Positions 28,679 through 41,033 of a stretch of DNA of 64,000 nt are shown here, in pieces (position 1 is the stretch's first letter; each line of letters opens with the position of its first letter). The translations under genes and the position numbers were made by a program. The stretch lies in assembly GCF_003334255.1 (NCBI RefSeq), contig NZ_QOWU01000009.1; one strand, written 5' to 3'. Below the pieces are notes generated by a model, which made no database searches, was not told the DNA's origin, and worked only from the letters and a program-made list of their open reading frames with translations. The stretch is from Escherichia coli (lineage in GTDB: Bacteria; Pseudomonadota; Gammaproteobacteria; Enterobacterales; Enterobacteriaceae).

Positions 28679-29959
28679 TTGTTTGACCGTTATGATGCTG
28701 GTGAGCAGGCGGTACTGGTACACATCTATTTTACGCAAGACAAAGATATGGAAGACCTCCAGGAGTTTGAATCTCTGGTCTCTTCCGCCGGTGTCGAAGC
28801 ATTGCAGGTGATTACCGGTAGCCGTAAAGCGCCGCACCCAAAGTATTTTGTAGGTGAAGGTAAAGCAGTTGAAATTGCGGAAGCTGTCAAAGCGACGGGT
28901 GCTTCGGTCGTTCTTTTTGACCATGCCCTGAGCCCGGCGCAAGAGCGTAACCTGGAGCGTTTGTGCGAGTGTCGTGTTATCGACCGCACCGGCCTTATTT
29001 TAGATATTTTCGCCCAACGTGCGCGTACCCATGAGGGTAAGTTGCAGGTTGAGCTGGCGCAGCTGCGCCATCTGGCTACGCGCCTGGTGCGTGGCTGGAC
29101 CCACCTTGAAAGACAGAAAGGCGGGATAGGTTTGCGTGGTCCGGGTGAAACCCAGCTCGAAACCGACCGTCGTTTGTTGCGTAATCGCATCGTGCAGATA
29201 CAGTCGCGCCTGGAAAGAGTTGAAAAGCAGCGTGAGCAGGGGCGGCAATCGCGTATCAAAGCCGACGTTCCTACTGTTTCGCTGGTGGGATATACCAACG
29301 CCGGTAAATCTACCCTTTTCAATCGCATCACCGAAGCGCGGGTCTACGCGGCAGACCAGTTGTTTGCCACCCTCGACCCGACGTTGCGGCGTATTGACGT
29401 TGCAGATGTCGGTGAAACCGTACTTGCAGATACCGTAGGGTTTATTCGCCACCTGCCGCACGATCTGGTGGCGGCATTTAAAGCCACGTTACAAGAGACG
29501 CGGCAAGCCACATTACTGCTGCACGTCATTGATGCGGCGGATGTGCGTGTACAAGAAAACATCGAAGCGGTGAATACGGTTCTTGAAGAGATCGACGCTC
29601 ACGAGATCCCAACCCTGCTGGTGATGAACAAGATCGATATGCTGGAAGATTTCGAACCGCGTATTGATCGGGACGAAGAGAACAAACCGATCCGTGTCTG
29701 GCTTTCCGCACAGACCGGAGCGGGGATACCACAGCTTTTTCAGGCTTTGACGGAGCGGCTTTCCGGCGAGGTGGCGCAGCATACATTGCGTCTGCCACCG
29801 CAGGAAGGGCGTCTGAGAAGTCGTTTTTATCAGCTTCAGGCAATAGAAAAAGAGTGGATGGAGGAGGACGGCAGCGTAAGTCTGCAAGTTCGTATGCCGA
29901 TCGTTGACTGGCGTCGCCTCTGTAAACAAGAACCGGCGTTGATCGATTACCTGATCTAA
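28679..29959 (+). CDS. hflX: GTPase HflX
   Basis: 426 aa; G-domain motifs GYTNAGKST and DTVGF. Confidence 0.93.
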   Translation: MFDRYDAGEQAVLVHIYFTQDKDMEDLQEFESLVSSAGVEALQVITGSRKAPHPKYFVGEGKAVEIAEAVKATGASVVLFDHALSPAQERNLERLCECRVIDRTGLILDIFAQRARTHEGKLQVELAQLRHLATRLVRGWTHLERQKGGIGLRGPGETQLETDRRLLRNRIVQIQSRLERVEKQREQGRQSRIKADVPTVSLVGYTNAGKSTLFNRITEARVYAADQLFATLDPTLRRIDVADVGETVLADTVGFIRHLPHDLVAAFKATLQETRQATLLLHVIDAADVRVQENIEAVNTVLEEIDAHEIPTLLVMNKIDMLEDFEPRIDRDEENKPIRVWLSAQTGAGIPQLFQALTERLSGEVAQHTLRLPPQEGRLRSRFYQLQAIEKEWMEEDGSVSLQVRMPIVDWRRLCKQEPALIDYLI

Positions 29960-30044
29960 CGGCGTAGCGTCTGAAGCGTGGAGTCATATCCTCTGGCGTC
30001 GAAAGACAACAGGGATCACCGCATAACAAATATGGAGCACAAAC

Positions 30045-31304
30045 ATGGCGTGGAATCAGCCCGGTAATAACGGACAAGACCGCGACCCGTGGGGAAGCAG
30101 CAAACCTGGCGGCAACTCTGAGGGAAATGGAAACAAAGGCGGTCGCGATCAAGGGCCACCTGATTTAGATGATATCTTCCGCAAACTGAGCAAAAAGCTC
30201 GGTGGTCTGGGCGGCGGTAAAGGCACCGGATCTGGCGGTGGCAGTTCATCGCAAGGCCCGCGCCCGCAGCTTGGCGGTCGTGTCGTTACCATCGCAGCGG
30301 CAGCGATTGTCATTATCTGGGCGGCCAGTGGTTTCTATACCATTAAAGAAGCCGAACGCGGCGTGGTAACACGCTTTGGTAAATTCAGCCATCTGGTTGA
30401 GCCGGGTCTGAACTGGAAACCGACGTTTATCGACGAAGTCAAACCGGTGAACGTGGAAGCCGTGCGTGAACTGGCCGCTTCTGGTGTGATGCTGACGTCG
30501 GACGAGAACGTAGTGCGCGTTGAGATGAACGTGCAGTACCGCGTCACCAATCCGGAAAAATATCTGTATAGCGTGACCAGCCCGGATGACAGCCTGCGTC
30601 AGGCTACCGACAGCGCCCTGCGTGGAGTTATCGGTAAATACACCATGGACCGCATTCTGACGGAAGGTCGTACCGTGATTCGTAGCGATACTCAGCGCGA
30701 ACTGGAAGAGACGATTCGTCCGTATGACATGGGTATCACGCTGCTGGACGTCAACTTCCAGGCTGCTCGTCCGCCGGAAGAAGTAAAAGCGGCGTTTGAC
30801 GATGCGATTGCCGCGCGTGAAAACGAACAGCAATACATTCGTGAAGCAGAAGCGTATACCAACGAAGTTCAGCCGCGTGCGAACGGTCAGGCGCAACGTA
30901 TCCTCGAAGAGGCGCGTGCGTACAAGGCCCAGACCATCCTGGAAGCTCAGGGTGAAGTGGCGCGCTTTGCTAAACTTCTGCCGGAATATAAAGCCGCGCC
31001 GGAAATTACTCGCGAGCGTCTGTATATCGAGACGATGGAAAAAGTGTTGGGTAACACCCGCAAAGTGCTGGTTAACGATAAAGGTGGCAACCTGATGGTT
31101 CTGCCGTTAGACCAGATGCTGAAAGGTGGTAACGCCCCTGCGGCGAAGAGCGATAACGGTGCCAGCAATCTGCTGCGTCTGCCGCCAGCCTCTTCCTCCA
31201 CAACCAGTGGAGCAAGCAACACGTCGTCCACCAGTCAGGGCGATATTATGGACCAACGCCGCGCCAACGCGCAGCGTAACGACTACCAGCGTCAGGGGGA
31301 ATAA
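30045..31304 (+). CDS. hflK: FtsH modulator HflK (SPFH/band-7)
   Basis: 419 aa; Gly-rich N-terminus, single TM helix, SPFH domain. Confidence 0.93.
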   Translation: MAWNQPGNNGQDRDPWGSSKPGGNSEGNGNKGGRDQGPPDLDDIFRKLSKKLGGLGGGKGTGSGGGSSSQGPRPQLGGRVVTIAAAAIVIIWAASGFYTIKEAERGVVTRFGKFSHLVEPGLNWKPTFIDEVKPVNVEAVRELAASGVMLTSDENVVRVEMNVQYRVTNPEKYLYSVTSPDDSLRQATDSALRGVIGKYTMDRILTEGRTVIRSDTQRELEETIRPYDMGITLLDVNFQAARPPEEVKAAFDDAIAARENEQQYIREAEAYTNEVQPRANGQAQRILEEARAYKAQTILEAQGEVARFAKLLPEYKAAPEITRERLYIETMEKVLGNTRKVLVNDKGGNLMVLPLDQMLKGGNAPAAKSDNGASNLLRLPPASSSTTSGASNTSSTSQGDIMDQRRANAQRNDYQRQGE

Positions 31305-31306
31305 CG

Positions 31307-32311
31307 ATGCGTAAGTCAGTTATCGCGATTATCATCATCGTGCTGGTAGTGCTTTACATGTCTGTCTTTGTCGTCAAAGAAGGTGAGCGCGGTATTACGC
31401 TGCGTTTTGGTAAGGTACTGCGTGACGATGACAACAAACCTCTGGTTTATGAGCCGGGTCTGCATTTCAAGATACCGTTCATTGAAACGGTGAAAATGCT
31501 CGACGCACGTATTCAGACCATGGACAACCAGGCCGACCGCTTTGTGACCAAAGAGAAGAAAGACCTGATCGTCGACTCTTACATCAAATGGCGCATCAGC
31601 GATTTCAGCCGTTACTACCTGGCAACGGGTGGTGGCGACATTTCGCAAGCGGAAGTGCTGTTGAAACGTAAGTTCTCTGACCGTCTGCGTTCTGAAATTG
31701 GTCGCCTGGACGTGAAAGATATCGTCACCGATTCCCGTGGTCGTCTGACCCTCGAAGTACGTGACGCGCTGAACTCCGGTTCTGCGGGTACAGAAGATGA
31801 AGTTACTACCCCGGCGGCAGATAACGCCATTGCCGAAGCGGCAGAGCGCGTAACGGCTGAGACGAAGGGCAAAGTTCCGGTCATCAACCCGAACAGTATG
31901 GCGGCGCTGGGTATTGAAGTTGTCGATGTGCGTATCAAGCAGATCAACCTGCCGACCGAAGTGTCTGAAGCGATCTACAACCGTATGCGCGCCGAGCGTG
32001 AAGCGGTAGCGCGTCGTCACCGTTCACAAGGTCAGGAAGAAGCGGAAAAACTGCGCGCGACTGCCGACTATGAAGTGACCAGAACGCTGGCAGAAGCTGA
32101 GCGTCAGGGCCGCATCATGCGTGGTGAAGGCGATGCCGAAGCAGCCAAACTGTTTGCTGATGCATTCAGTAAAGATCCGGACTTCTACGCATTCATCCGT
32201 AGCCTGCGTGCTTATGAGAACAGCTTCTCTGGCAATCAGGACGTGATGGTCATGAGCCCGGATAGCGATTTCTTCCGCTACATGAAGACGCCGACTTCCG
32301 CAACGCGTTAA
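31307..32311 (+). CDS. hflC: FtsH modulator HflC (SPFH/band-7)
   Basis: 334 aa, starts 3 nt after the hflK stop; N-terminal TM helix and SPFH domain. Confidence 0.93.
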   Translation: MRKSVIAIIIIVLVVLYMSVFVVKEGERGITLRFGKVLRDDDNKPLVYEPGLHFKIPFIETVKMLDARIQTMDNQADRFVTKEKKDLIVDSYIKWRISDFSRYYLATGGGDISQAEVLLKRKFSDRLRSEIGRLDVKDIVTDSRGRLTLEVRDALNSGSAGTEDEVTTPAADNAIAEAAERVTAETKGKVPVINPNSMAALGIEVVDVRIKQINLPTEVSEAIYNRMRAEREAVARRHRSQGQEEAEKLRATADYEVTRTLAEAERQGRIMRGEGDAEAAKLFADAFSKDPDFYAFIRSLRAYENSFSGNQDVMVMSPDSDFFRYMKTPTSATR

Positions 32312-32340
32312 TATAACGACTGCGGTACAGGTCAATAAAG

Positions 32341-32378
32341 CCACCGCATCCTCAGGGATGTCGGTGGTTTTCTTTTTC
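32341..32378 (+). terminator. Rho-independent terminator after hflC
   Basis: Hairpin ccaccgcatcctcagggatgtcggtgg followed by ttttctttttc. Confidence 0.55.
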
Positions 32379-32392
32379 TATAAGGATAATGA

Positions 32393-32590
32393 ATGAATTC
32401 GACAATCTGGCTGGCGCTTGCCCTGGTTTTGGTACTGGAAGGTTTAGGGCCGATGCTTTACCCGAAGGCATGGAAGAAGATGATCTCTGCGATGACCAAT
32501 TTGCCCGATAATATTTTACGTCGTTTTGGCGGTGGACTTGTGGTTGCGGGCGTTGTGGTCTACTACATGTTGAGGAAAACGATTGGCTGA
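32393..32590 (+). CDS. yjeT: Small membrane protein YjeT (DUF2065)
   Basis: 65-aa hydrophobic ORF at the conserved position between hflC and purA. Confidence 0.7.
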   Translation: MNSTIWLALALVLVLEGLGPMLYPKAWKKMISAMTNLPDNILRRFGGGLVVAGVVVYYMLRKTIG

Positions 32591-32690
32591 ACAAAAAACA
32601 GACTGATCGAGGTCATTTTTGAGTGCAAAAAGTGCTGTAACTCTGAAAAAGCGATGGTAGAATCCATTTTTAAGCAAACGGTGATTTTGA

Positions 32691-33992
<1,302 letters not shown>

Positions 33993-34196
33993 TTCTGGTA
34001 CGCCTGGCAGATATTTTGCCTGCCGGGCGAACAGTGTGATACATTGCTGTGTCGGGTAAGCCATTACGCTATCCGACACAGTGTTAAATCCTCGCTTTTT
34101 TCCTTCCCCGAACTGAAATAAATTAGCGACACAGCTTGTGGCTGGTTTATCATCAATATAAATGTATTTTTTCCCGATTTCCCTTTTGAGGTTGAT

Positions 34197-34622
34197 GTGC
34201 AGTTAACGAGTTTCACTGATTACGGATTACGTGCGCTGATCTACATGGCGTCATTGCCAGAAGGGCGGATGACCAGTATTTCTGAAGTGACTGACGTCTA
34301 CGGCGTCTCCCGTAATCATATGGTCAAAATAATCAATCAACTTAGTCGTGCCGGCTACGTGACTGCTGTTCGTGGAAAAAATGGCGGCATTCGCCTGGGT
34401 AAACCGGCGAGTGCGATACGTATTGGTGATGTGGTGCGCGAGCTGGAGCCCTTATCGCTGGTGAATTGCAGCAGTGAGTTTTGCCACATTACACCTGCCT
34501 GTAGGTTGAAACAGGCACTTTCTAAGGCCGTGCAAAGTTTTCTTACGGAACTGGATAACTACACGCTTGCCGATTTGGTTGAAGAGAATCAACCGCTTTA
34601 TAAATTATTGCTGGTGGAGTGA
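34197..34622 (+). CDS. nsrR: NO-sensing transcriptional repressor NsrR (Rrf2 family)
   Basis: 141 aa; Rrf2 HTH and three C-terminal cysteines for the Fe-S cluster; overlaps the rnr leader. Confidence 0.9.
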
Positions 34623-34660
34623 CGAAAATCTTCATCAGAGATGACAACGGAGGAACCGAG

Positions 34661-37102
34661 ATGTCACAAGATCCTTTCCAGGAACGCGAAGCTGAAAAAT
34701 ACGCGAATCCCATCCCTAGTCGGGAATTTATCCTCGAACATTTAACCAAACGTGAAAAACCGGCCAGCCGTGATGAGCTGGCGGTAGAACTGCACATTGA
34801 AGGCGAAGAGCAGCTTGAAGGCCTGCGTCGCCGCCTGCGCGCGATGGAGCGCGATGGTCAACTGGTCTTCACTCGTCGTCAGTGCTATGCGCTGCCGGAA
34901 CGCCTCGACCTGGTGAAAGGTACCGTTATTGGCCACCGTGATGGCTACGGCTTTCTGCGGGTTGAAGGGCGTAAAGATGATTTGTATCTCTCCAGCGAGC
35001 AGATGAAAACCTGCATTCATGGCGATCAGGTGCTGGCTCAGCCGCTGGGTGCTGACCGTAAAGGTCGTCGTGAAGCGCGTATTGTCCGCGTACTGGTGCC
35101 AAAAACCAGCCAGATTGTTGGTCGCTACTTTACCGAAGCGGGCGTCGGCTTTGTGGTTCCTGACGACAGCCGTCTGAGCTTCGATATCTTAATCCCGCCC
35201 GATCAGATCATGGGCGCGCGGATGGGCTTTGTGGTCGTAGTCGAACTGACTCAGCGTCCGACTCGCCGCACCAAAGCGGTGGGTAAAATCGTCGAAGTGC
35301 TGGGCGACAATATGGGCACCGGCATGGCGGTTGATATCGCTCTGCGTACCCATGAAATTCCGTACATCTGGCCGCAGGCTGTTGAGCAACAGGTTGCCGG
35401 GCTGAAAGAAGAAGTGCCGGAAGAAGCAAAAGCGGGCCGTGTTGATCTGCGCGATTTACCGCTGGTCACCATTGATGGCGAAGACGCCCGTGACTTTGAC
35501 GATGCAGTTTACTGCGAGAAAAAACGCGGCGGCGGCTGGCGTTTATGGGTCGCGATTGCCGACGTCAGCTACTATGTGCGTCCGTCAACGCCGCTGGACA
35601 GAGAAGCGCGTAACCGTGGCACGTCGGTGTACTTCCCTTCGCAGGTTATCCCGATGCTGCCGGAAGTGCTCTCTAACGGCCTGTGTTCGCTCAACCCGCA
35701 GGTAGACCGCCTGTGTATGGTGTGCGAGATGACGGTTTCGTCGAAAGGCCGCCTGACGGGCTACAAATTCTACGAAGCGGTGATGAGCTCTCACGCGCGT
35801 CTGACCTACACCAAAGTCTGGCATATTCTGCAGGGCGATCAGGATCTGCGCGAGCAGTACGCCCCGCTGGTTAAGCATCTCGAAGAGTTGCATAACCTCT
35901 ATAAAGTGCTGGATAAAGCCCGTGAAGAACGCGGTGGGATCTCATTTGAGAGCGAAGAAGCGAAGTTCATTTTCAACGCTGAACGCCGTATTGAACGTAT
36001 CGAACAGACCCAGCGTAACGACGCGCACAAATTAATTGAAGAGTGCATGATTCTGGCGAATATCTCGGCGGCGCGTTTCGTTGAGAAAGCGAAAGAACCG
36101 GCACTGTTCCGTATTCACGACAAGCCGAGCACCGAAGCGATTACCTCTTTCCGTTCAGTGCTGGCGGAGCTGGGGCTGGAACTGCCGGGCGGTAACAAGC
36201 CGGAACCGCGTGACTACGCGGAGCTGCTGGAGTCGGTTGCCGATCGTCCTGATGCAGAAATGCTGCAAACCATGCTGCTGCGCTCGATGAAACAGGCGAT
36301 TTACGATCCAGAAAACCGTGGTCACTTTGGCCTGGCATTGCAGTCCTATGCGCACTTTACTTCGCCGATTCGTCGTTATCCAGACCTGACGCTGCACCGC
36401 GCCATTAAATATCTGCTGGCGAAAGAGCAGGGGCATCAGGGCAACACCACTGAAACCGGCGGCTACCATTATTCGATGGAAGAGATGCTGCAACTGGGTC
36501 AGCACTGTTCGATGGCGGAACGTCGTGCCGACGAAGCAACGCGCGATGTGGCTGACTGGCTGAAGTGTGACTTCATGCTCGACCAGGTAGGTAACGTCTT
36601 TAAAGGCGTAATTTCCAGCGTCACTGGCTTTGGCTTCTTCGTCCGTCTGGACGACTTGTTCATTGATGGTCTGGTCCATGTCTCTTCGCTGGACAATGAC
36701 TACTATCGCTTTGACCAGGTAGGGCAACGCCTGATGGGGGAATCCAGCGGCCAGACTTATCGCCTGGGCGATCGCGTGGAAGTTCGCGTCGAAGCGGTTA
36801 ATATGGACGAGCGCAAAATCGACTTTAGCCTGATCTCCAGCGAACGCGCACCGCGCAACGTCGGTAAAACGGCGCGCGAGAAAGCGAAAAAAGGCGATGC
36901 AGGTAAAAAAGGCGGCAAGCGTCGTCAGGTCGGTAAAAAGGTAAACTTTGAGCCAGACAGCGCCTTCCGCGGTGAGAAAAAAACGAAGCCGAAAGCGGCG
37001 AAGAAAGACGCGAGAAAAGCGAAAAAGCCATCGGCGAAAACGCAGAAAATAGCTGCAGCGACCAAAGCGAAGCGTGCGGCGAAGAAAAAAGTGGCAGAGT
37101 GA
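34661..37102 (+). CDS. rnr: Ribonuclease R
   Basis: 813 aa from ATG at 34661 with ggagg RBS ([17 protein letters not shown]...); RNB domain, S1 domain and Lys-rich C-terminal tail. Confidence 0.93.
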   Translation: MSQDPFQEREAEKYANPIPSREFILEHLTKREKPASRDELAVELHIEGEEQLEGLRRRLRAMERDGQLVFTRRQCYALPERLDLVKGTVIGHRDGYGFLRVEGRKDDLYLSSEQMKTCIHGDQVLAQPLGADRKGRREARIVRVLVPKTSQIVGRYFTEAGVGFVVPDDSRLSFDILIPPDQIMGARMGFVVVVELTQRPTRRTKAVGKIVEVLGDNMGTGMAVDIALRTHEIPYIWPQAVEQQVAGLKEEVPEEAKAGRVDLRDLPLVTIDGEDARDFDDAVYCEKKRGGGWRLWVAIADVSYYVRPSTPLDREARNRGTSVYFPSQVIPMLPEVLSNGLCSLNPQVDRLCMVCEMTVSSKGRLTGYKFYEAVMSSHARLTYTKVWHILQGDQDLREQYAPLVKHLEELHNLYKVLDKAREERGGISFESEEAKFIFNAERRIERIEQTQRNDAHKLIEECMILANISAARFVEKAKEPALFRIHDKPSTEAITSFRSVLAELGLELPGGNKPEPRDYAELLESVADRPDAEMLQTMLLRSMKQAIYDPENRGHFGLALQSYAHFTSPIRRYPDLTLHRAIKYLLAKEQGHQGNTTETGGYHYSMEEMLQLGQHCSMAERRADEATRDVADWLKCDFMLDQVGNVFKGVISSVTGFGFFVRLDDLFIDGLVHVSSLDNDYYRFDQVGQRLMGESSGQTYRLGDRVEVRVEAVNMDERKIDFSLISSERAPRNVGKTAREKAKKGDAGKKGGKRRQVGKKVNFEPDSAFRGEKKTKPKAAKKDARKAKKPSAKTQKIAAATKAKRAAKKKVAE

Positions 37103-37159
37103 TCAATACCCTCTTTAAAAGAAGAGGGTTAGATTGCTGACAAAATGCGCTTTGTTCAT

Positions 37160-37259
37160 GCCGGATGCGGCGTGAACGCCTTATCCGGCCTACATAATCA
37201 CGCAAATTCAATATATTGCAGAGATCATGTAGGCCGGATAAACGTAGTGCATCAGGCAA
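37160..37259. repeat. REP/BIME palindromic elements
   Basis: gccggatgcggcgtgaacgccttatccggcctaca and tgtaggccggataaacgtagtgcatcaggca between rnr and rlmB. Confidence 0.6.
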
Positions 37260-37281
37260 AACGTAAACAACGAGTACATTA

Positions 37282-38013
37282 ATGAGCGAAATGATTTACG
37301 GCATCCACGCAGTGCAGGCCCTGCTGGAGCGCGCCCCTGAACGTTTTCAGGAAGTCTTTATTTTAAAAGGCCGTGAAGATAAACGTCTGTTACCGCTGAT
37401 TCACGCCCTTGAGTCTCAGGGCGTGGTTATCCAGTTGGCAAACCGCCAATATCTCGACGAGAAAAGCGACGGTGCCGTGCATCAGGGCATTATCGCCCGC
37501 GTGAAGCCAGGACGTCAGTATCAGGAAAACGATCTGCCGGATCTGATCGCTTCGCTCGATCAACCGTTCCTGCTGATCCTCGACGGCGTAACCGATCCGC
37601 ACAACCTCGGCGCGTGCCTGCGTAGTGCGGACGCCGCAGGCGTTCATGCGGTGATTGTGCCGAAAGATCGCTCCGCACAGCTCAACGCTACGGCGAAAAA
37701 AGTAGCCTGCGGCGCGGCAGAAAGCGTTCCGCTGATTCGGGTGACTAACCTTGCGCGCACCATGCGTATGTTGCAGGAAGAGAATATCTGGATCGTCGGT
37801 ACGGCAGGCGAGGCGGATCATACACTCTATCAGAGCAAAATGACCGGACGCCTGGCGCTGGTGATGGGTGCGGAAGGTGAAGGTATGCGTCGCCTGACTC
37901 GTGAACATTGCGATGAGTTGATCAGCATCCCGATGGCTGGAAGCGTTTCTTCCCTGAACGTTTCGGTTGCGACCGGAATTTGCTTATTTGAAGCGGTGCG
38001 CCAGCGCAGCTAA
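37282..38013 (+). CDS. rlmB: 23S rRNA (Gm2251) 2'-O-methyltransferase RlmB
   Basis: 243 aa; SpoU/TrmH methyltransferase fold motifs. Confidence 0.92.
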
Positions 38014-38029
38014 TTTCTCAGAATTATGA

Positions 38030-38060
38030 AAAGCCATCCAGATTTGGATGGTTTTTTTTG
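38030..38060 (+). terminator. Rho-independent terminator after rlmB
   Basis: Hairpin ccatccagatttggatgg followed by tttttttt. Confidence 0.5.
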
Positions 38061-38138
38061 TCTATAGCTGGTAAGATAATTACGTATTGCAAATATTCAT
38101 TTTATTAATATTTAAACTTAATCTATATGGAATAATAT

Positions 38139-38540
38139 ATGACATGGAATCCGTTGGCGCTAGCGACGGCGCTGCAAACTGTACCTGAACAAAATATTGA
38201 TGTAACAAATAGCGAGAACGCATTAATTATTAAAATGAATGATTATGGCGATTTGCAAATCAATATTCTTTTTACTTCCCGCCAAATGATTATCGAAACC
38301 TTTATTTGTCCGGTGAGTAGTATCAGCAATCCAGATGAATTTAATACCTTCTTATTAAGAAATCAGAAGATGATGCCGTTGTCATCGGTAGGGATCTCCA
38401 GCGTACAACAGGAAGAGTATTACATTGTTTTCGGGGCGTTATCGCTTAAATCTTCTCTTGAAGATATCCTGCTTGAGATAACCTCGCTGGTAGATAACGC
38501 ATTGGATCTGGCTGAAATTACAGAAGAATATTCACACTAA
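38139..38540 (+). CDS. yjfI: Uncharacterised protein YjfI (DUF2170)
   Basis: 133-aa ORF, first gene of the conserved yjfIJKLMC cluster. Confidence 0.75.
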   Translation: MTWNPLALATALQTVPEQNIDVTNSENALIIKMNDYGDLQINILFTSRQMIIETFICPVSSISNPDEFNTFLLRNQKMMPLSSVGISSVQQEEYYIVFGALSLKSSLEDILLEITSLVDNALDLAEITEEYSH

Positions 38541-38558
38541 TTACAAGGACGGGTATTT

Positions 38559-39257
38559 ATGGGAATTTTAAAAAGTTTATTTACGCTGGGGAAATCGTTT
38601 ATCTCCCAGGCGGAAGAATCCATTGAAGAAACCCAGGGCGTGCGCATGCTGGAACAGCATATTCGTGACGCTAAAGCTGAACTCGATAAAGCCGGAAAAT
38701 CTCGCGTTGATCTGCTGGCGCGGGTGAAATTAAGTCACGATAAGCTGAAAGATTTACGTGAGCGCAAAGCCAGTCTGGAAGCCCGTGCGCTGGAAGCGTT
38801 AAGCAAGAACGTTAATCCGTCGTTGATTAACGAAGTTGCTGAAGAAATCGCGCGCCTTGAGAATCTCATTACCGCTGAAGAGCAAGTGTTGTCGAATCTG
38901 GAAGTCTCCCGTGATGGCGTGGAAAAAGCAGTTACAGCGACAGCGCAGCGTATCGCTCAGTTTGAGCAGCAAATGGAAGTCGTTAAAGCCACTGAAGCCA
39001 TGCAGCGTGCACAACAGGCTGTAACAACCTCTACCGTTGGCGCATCTTCCAGCGTTTCGACAGCGGCAGAATCCTTAAAACGCCTGCAAACGCGTCAGGC
39101 CGAACGTCAGGCTCGCCTGGATGCTGCCGCACAGTTGGAGAAAGTCGCAGACGGTCGCGACCTTGACGAAAAGCTGGCGGAAGCCGGAATTGGCGGTAGC
39201 AATAAAAGTAGCGCCCAGGATGTATTAGCAAGACTGCAACGCCAACAGGGCGAGTAA
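38559..39257 (+). CDS. yjfJ: PspA/IM30-family protein YjfJ
   Basis: 232 aa, predicted coiled coil throughout, as in PspA-family proteins. Confidence 0.8.
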   Translation: MGILKSLFTLGKSFISQAEESIEETQGVRMLEQHIRDAKAELDKAGKSRVDLLARVKLSHDKLKDLRERKASLEARALEALSKNVNPSLINEVAEEIARLENLITAEEQVLSNLEVSRDGVEKAVTATAQRIAQFEQQMEVVKATEAMQRAQQAVTTSTVGASSSVSTAAESLKRLQTRQAERQARLDAAAQLEKVADGRDLDEKLAEAGIGGSNKSSAQDVLARLQRQQGE

Positions 39258-39307
39258 TTTTTTTGCCAGCCTCGCTAAAAGGCTGGCAACTATTTTAAGG
39301 ATAAAAT

Positions 39308-39967
39308 ATGTCTGGTTTTTTCCAGCGTCTGTTTGGCAAGGATAATAAGCCAGCTATCGCTCGTGGTCCGCTGGGACTTCATCTCAATAGTGGCTTTACG
39401 CTCGACACGTTAGCGTTTCGTTTGCTGGAAGATGAATTGCTGATTGCGCTGCCGGGTGAGGAATTTACGGTAGCCGCCGTCAGCCACATCGATCTGGGCG
39501 GCGGTAGTCAGATTTTCCGCTACTACACTTCAGGCGATGAGTTTCTGCAAATCAATACCACCGGCGGCGAAGATATTGATGACATTGATGATATCAAGCT
39601 CTTTGTCTATGAAGAGAGCTACGGTATCAGTAAAGAGAGTCACTGGCGCGAGGCGATCAACGCCAAAGCGATGGGAGCAATGACCTTAAACTGGCAGGAA
39701 AAACGCTGGCAGCGATTTTTTAACAGCGAAGAACCGGGAAATATCGAACCCGTCTACATGCTGGAAAAAGTAGAAAATCAAAACCATGCCAAATGGGAGG
39801 TCCATAATTTTACCATGGGCTACCAACGGCAAGTAACCGAAGATACTTACGAATATTTGCTGCTAAATGGTGAGGAATCTTTTAACGATCTCGGCGAGCC
39901 AGAGTGGTTATTTTCGCGCGCGTTGGGTGTCGATATCCCGCTGACATCACTTCATATTATTGGTTAA
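39308..39967 (+). CDS. yjfK: Uncharacterised protein YjfK (DUF2491)
   Basis: 219-aa ORF at the conserved position. Confidence 0.75.
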   Translation: MSGFFQRLFGKDNKPAIARGPLGLHLNSGFTLDTLAFRLLEDELLIALPGEEFTVAAVSHIDLGGGSQIFRYYTSGDEFLQINTTGGEDIDDIDDIKLFVYEESYGISKESHWREAINAKAMGAMTLNWQEKRWQRFFNSEEPGNIEPVYMLEKVENQNHAKWEVHNFTMGYQRQVTEDTYEYLLLNGEESFNDLGEPEWLFSRALGVDIPLTSLHIIG

Positions 39968-39984
39968 TTACAAGGACGTTTACA

Positions 39985-40383
39985 ATGCATATACTGGATT
40001 CACTTCTTGCCTTTAGCGCCTATTTTTTTATTGGCGTGGCTATGGTGATTATTTTTCTGTTTATCTATTCTAAAATTACACCGCACAACGAATGGCAGTT
40101 AATCAAAAACAATAATACCGCGGCGTCACTGGCGTTCAGCGGTACATTGTTGGGTTACGTTATCCCCTTATCCAGTGCGGCAATCAATGCGGTGAGTATT
40201 CCAGACTATTTCGCCTGGGGCGGGATTGCACTGGTGATTCAGTTACTCGTTTTTGCTGGTGTCAGACTTTATATGCCCGCATTAAGCGAAAAAATTATTA
40301 ATCACAATACCGCAGCAGGAATGTTTATGGGAACCGCCGCGCTGGCTGGCGGTATTTTTAACGCAGCTTGTATGACATGGTAA
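39985..40383 (+). CDS. yjfL: Inner membrane protein YjfL (DUF350)
   Basis: 132 aa from ATG at 39985 (MHILDSLLAFSAYFFIGVAMV...); four hydrophobic helices. Confidence 0.75.
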   Translation: MHILDSLLAFSAYFFIGVAMVIIFLFIYSKITPHNEWQLIKNNNTAASLAFSGTLLGYVIPLSSAAINAVSIPDYFAWGGIALVIQLLVFAGVRLYMPALSEKIINHNTAAGMFMGTAALAGGIFNAACMTW

Positions 40384-40392
40384 TGGACGATC

Positions 40393-41031
40393 ATGGCCAG
40401 AAAACGCAAATCAAGAAATAACAGTAAAATTGGTCACGGAGCGATTAGTCGCATTGGTAGACCGAATAATCCTTTTGAACCGCGTCGCAATCGCTACGCA
40501 CAAAAATACTTAACGTTGGCGCTAATGGGCGGTGCCGCTTTTTTCGTATTGAAAGGTTGTAGCGATAGTAGCGATGTCGATAACGACGGCGACGGAACGT
40601 TTTACGCGACAGTGCAGGATTGTATTGATGACGGTAATAATGCCGACATTTGCGCGCGTGGCTGGAACAACGCCAAAACGGCATTTTATGCCGATGTTCC
40701 GAAGAATATGACTCAGCAGAACTGTCAGTCTAAGTACGAAAATTGCTACTACGACAATGTTGAACAGAGTTGGATCCCGGTCGTTTCTGGATTTTTGTTA
40801 AGCCGGGTTATTCGTAAAGATCGCGATGAGCCGTTTGTTTATAACAGCGGCGGTTCCTCTTTTGCTTCGCGCCCAGTCTGGCGCAGCACTTCTGGTGATT
40901 ACTCTTGGCGCTCCGGTTCTGGCAAAAAAGAGTCTTACTCTTCGGGCGGCTTTACCACCAAAAAAGCGTCTACCGTTTCTCGCGGCGGCTATGGTCGTTC
41001 TTCCAGCGCCCGTGGGCATTGGGGAGGCTAA
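40393..41031 (+). CDS. yjfM: Uncharacterised protein YjfM (DUF1190)
   Basis: 212-aa ORF; N-terminal signal/anchor, Gly/Ser-rich C-terminus. Confidence 0.75.
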   Translation: MARKRKSRNNSKIGHGAISRIGRPNNPFEPRRNRYAQKYLTLALMGGAAFFVLKGCSDSSDVDNDGDGTFYATVQDCIDDGNNADICARGWNNAKTAFYADVPKNMTQQNCQSKYENCYYDNVEQSWIPVVSGFLLSRVIRKDRDEPFVYNSGGSSFASRPVWRSTSGDYSWRSGSGKKESYSSGGFTTKKASTVSRGGYGRSSSARGHWGG

Positions 41032-41033
41032 TC

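Noticed and set aside
28726-30152. Several minus-strand ORFs of 138-208 aa
   Set aside because: Antisense to hflX; the sense-strand genes are securely identified.
30246-30896. 216-aa minus-strand ORF
   Set aside because: Antisense to hflK.
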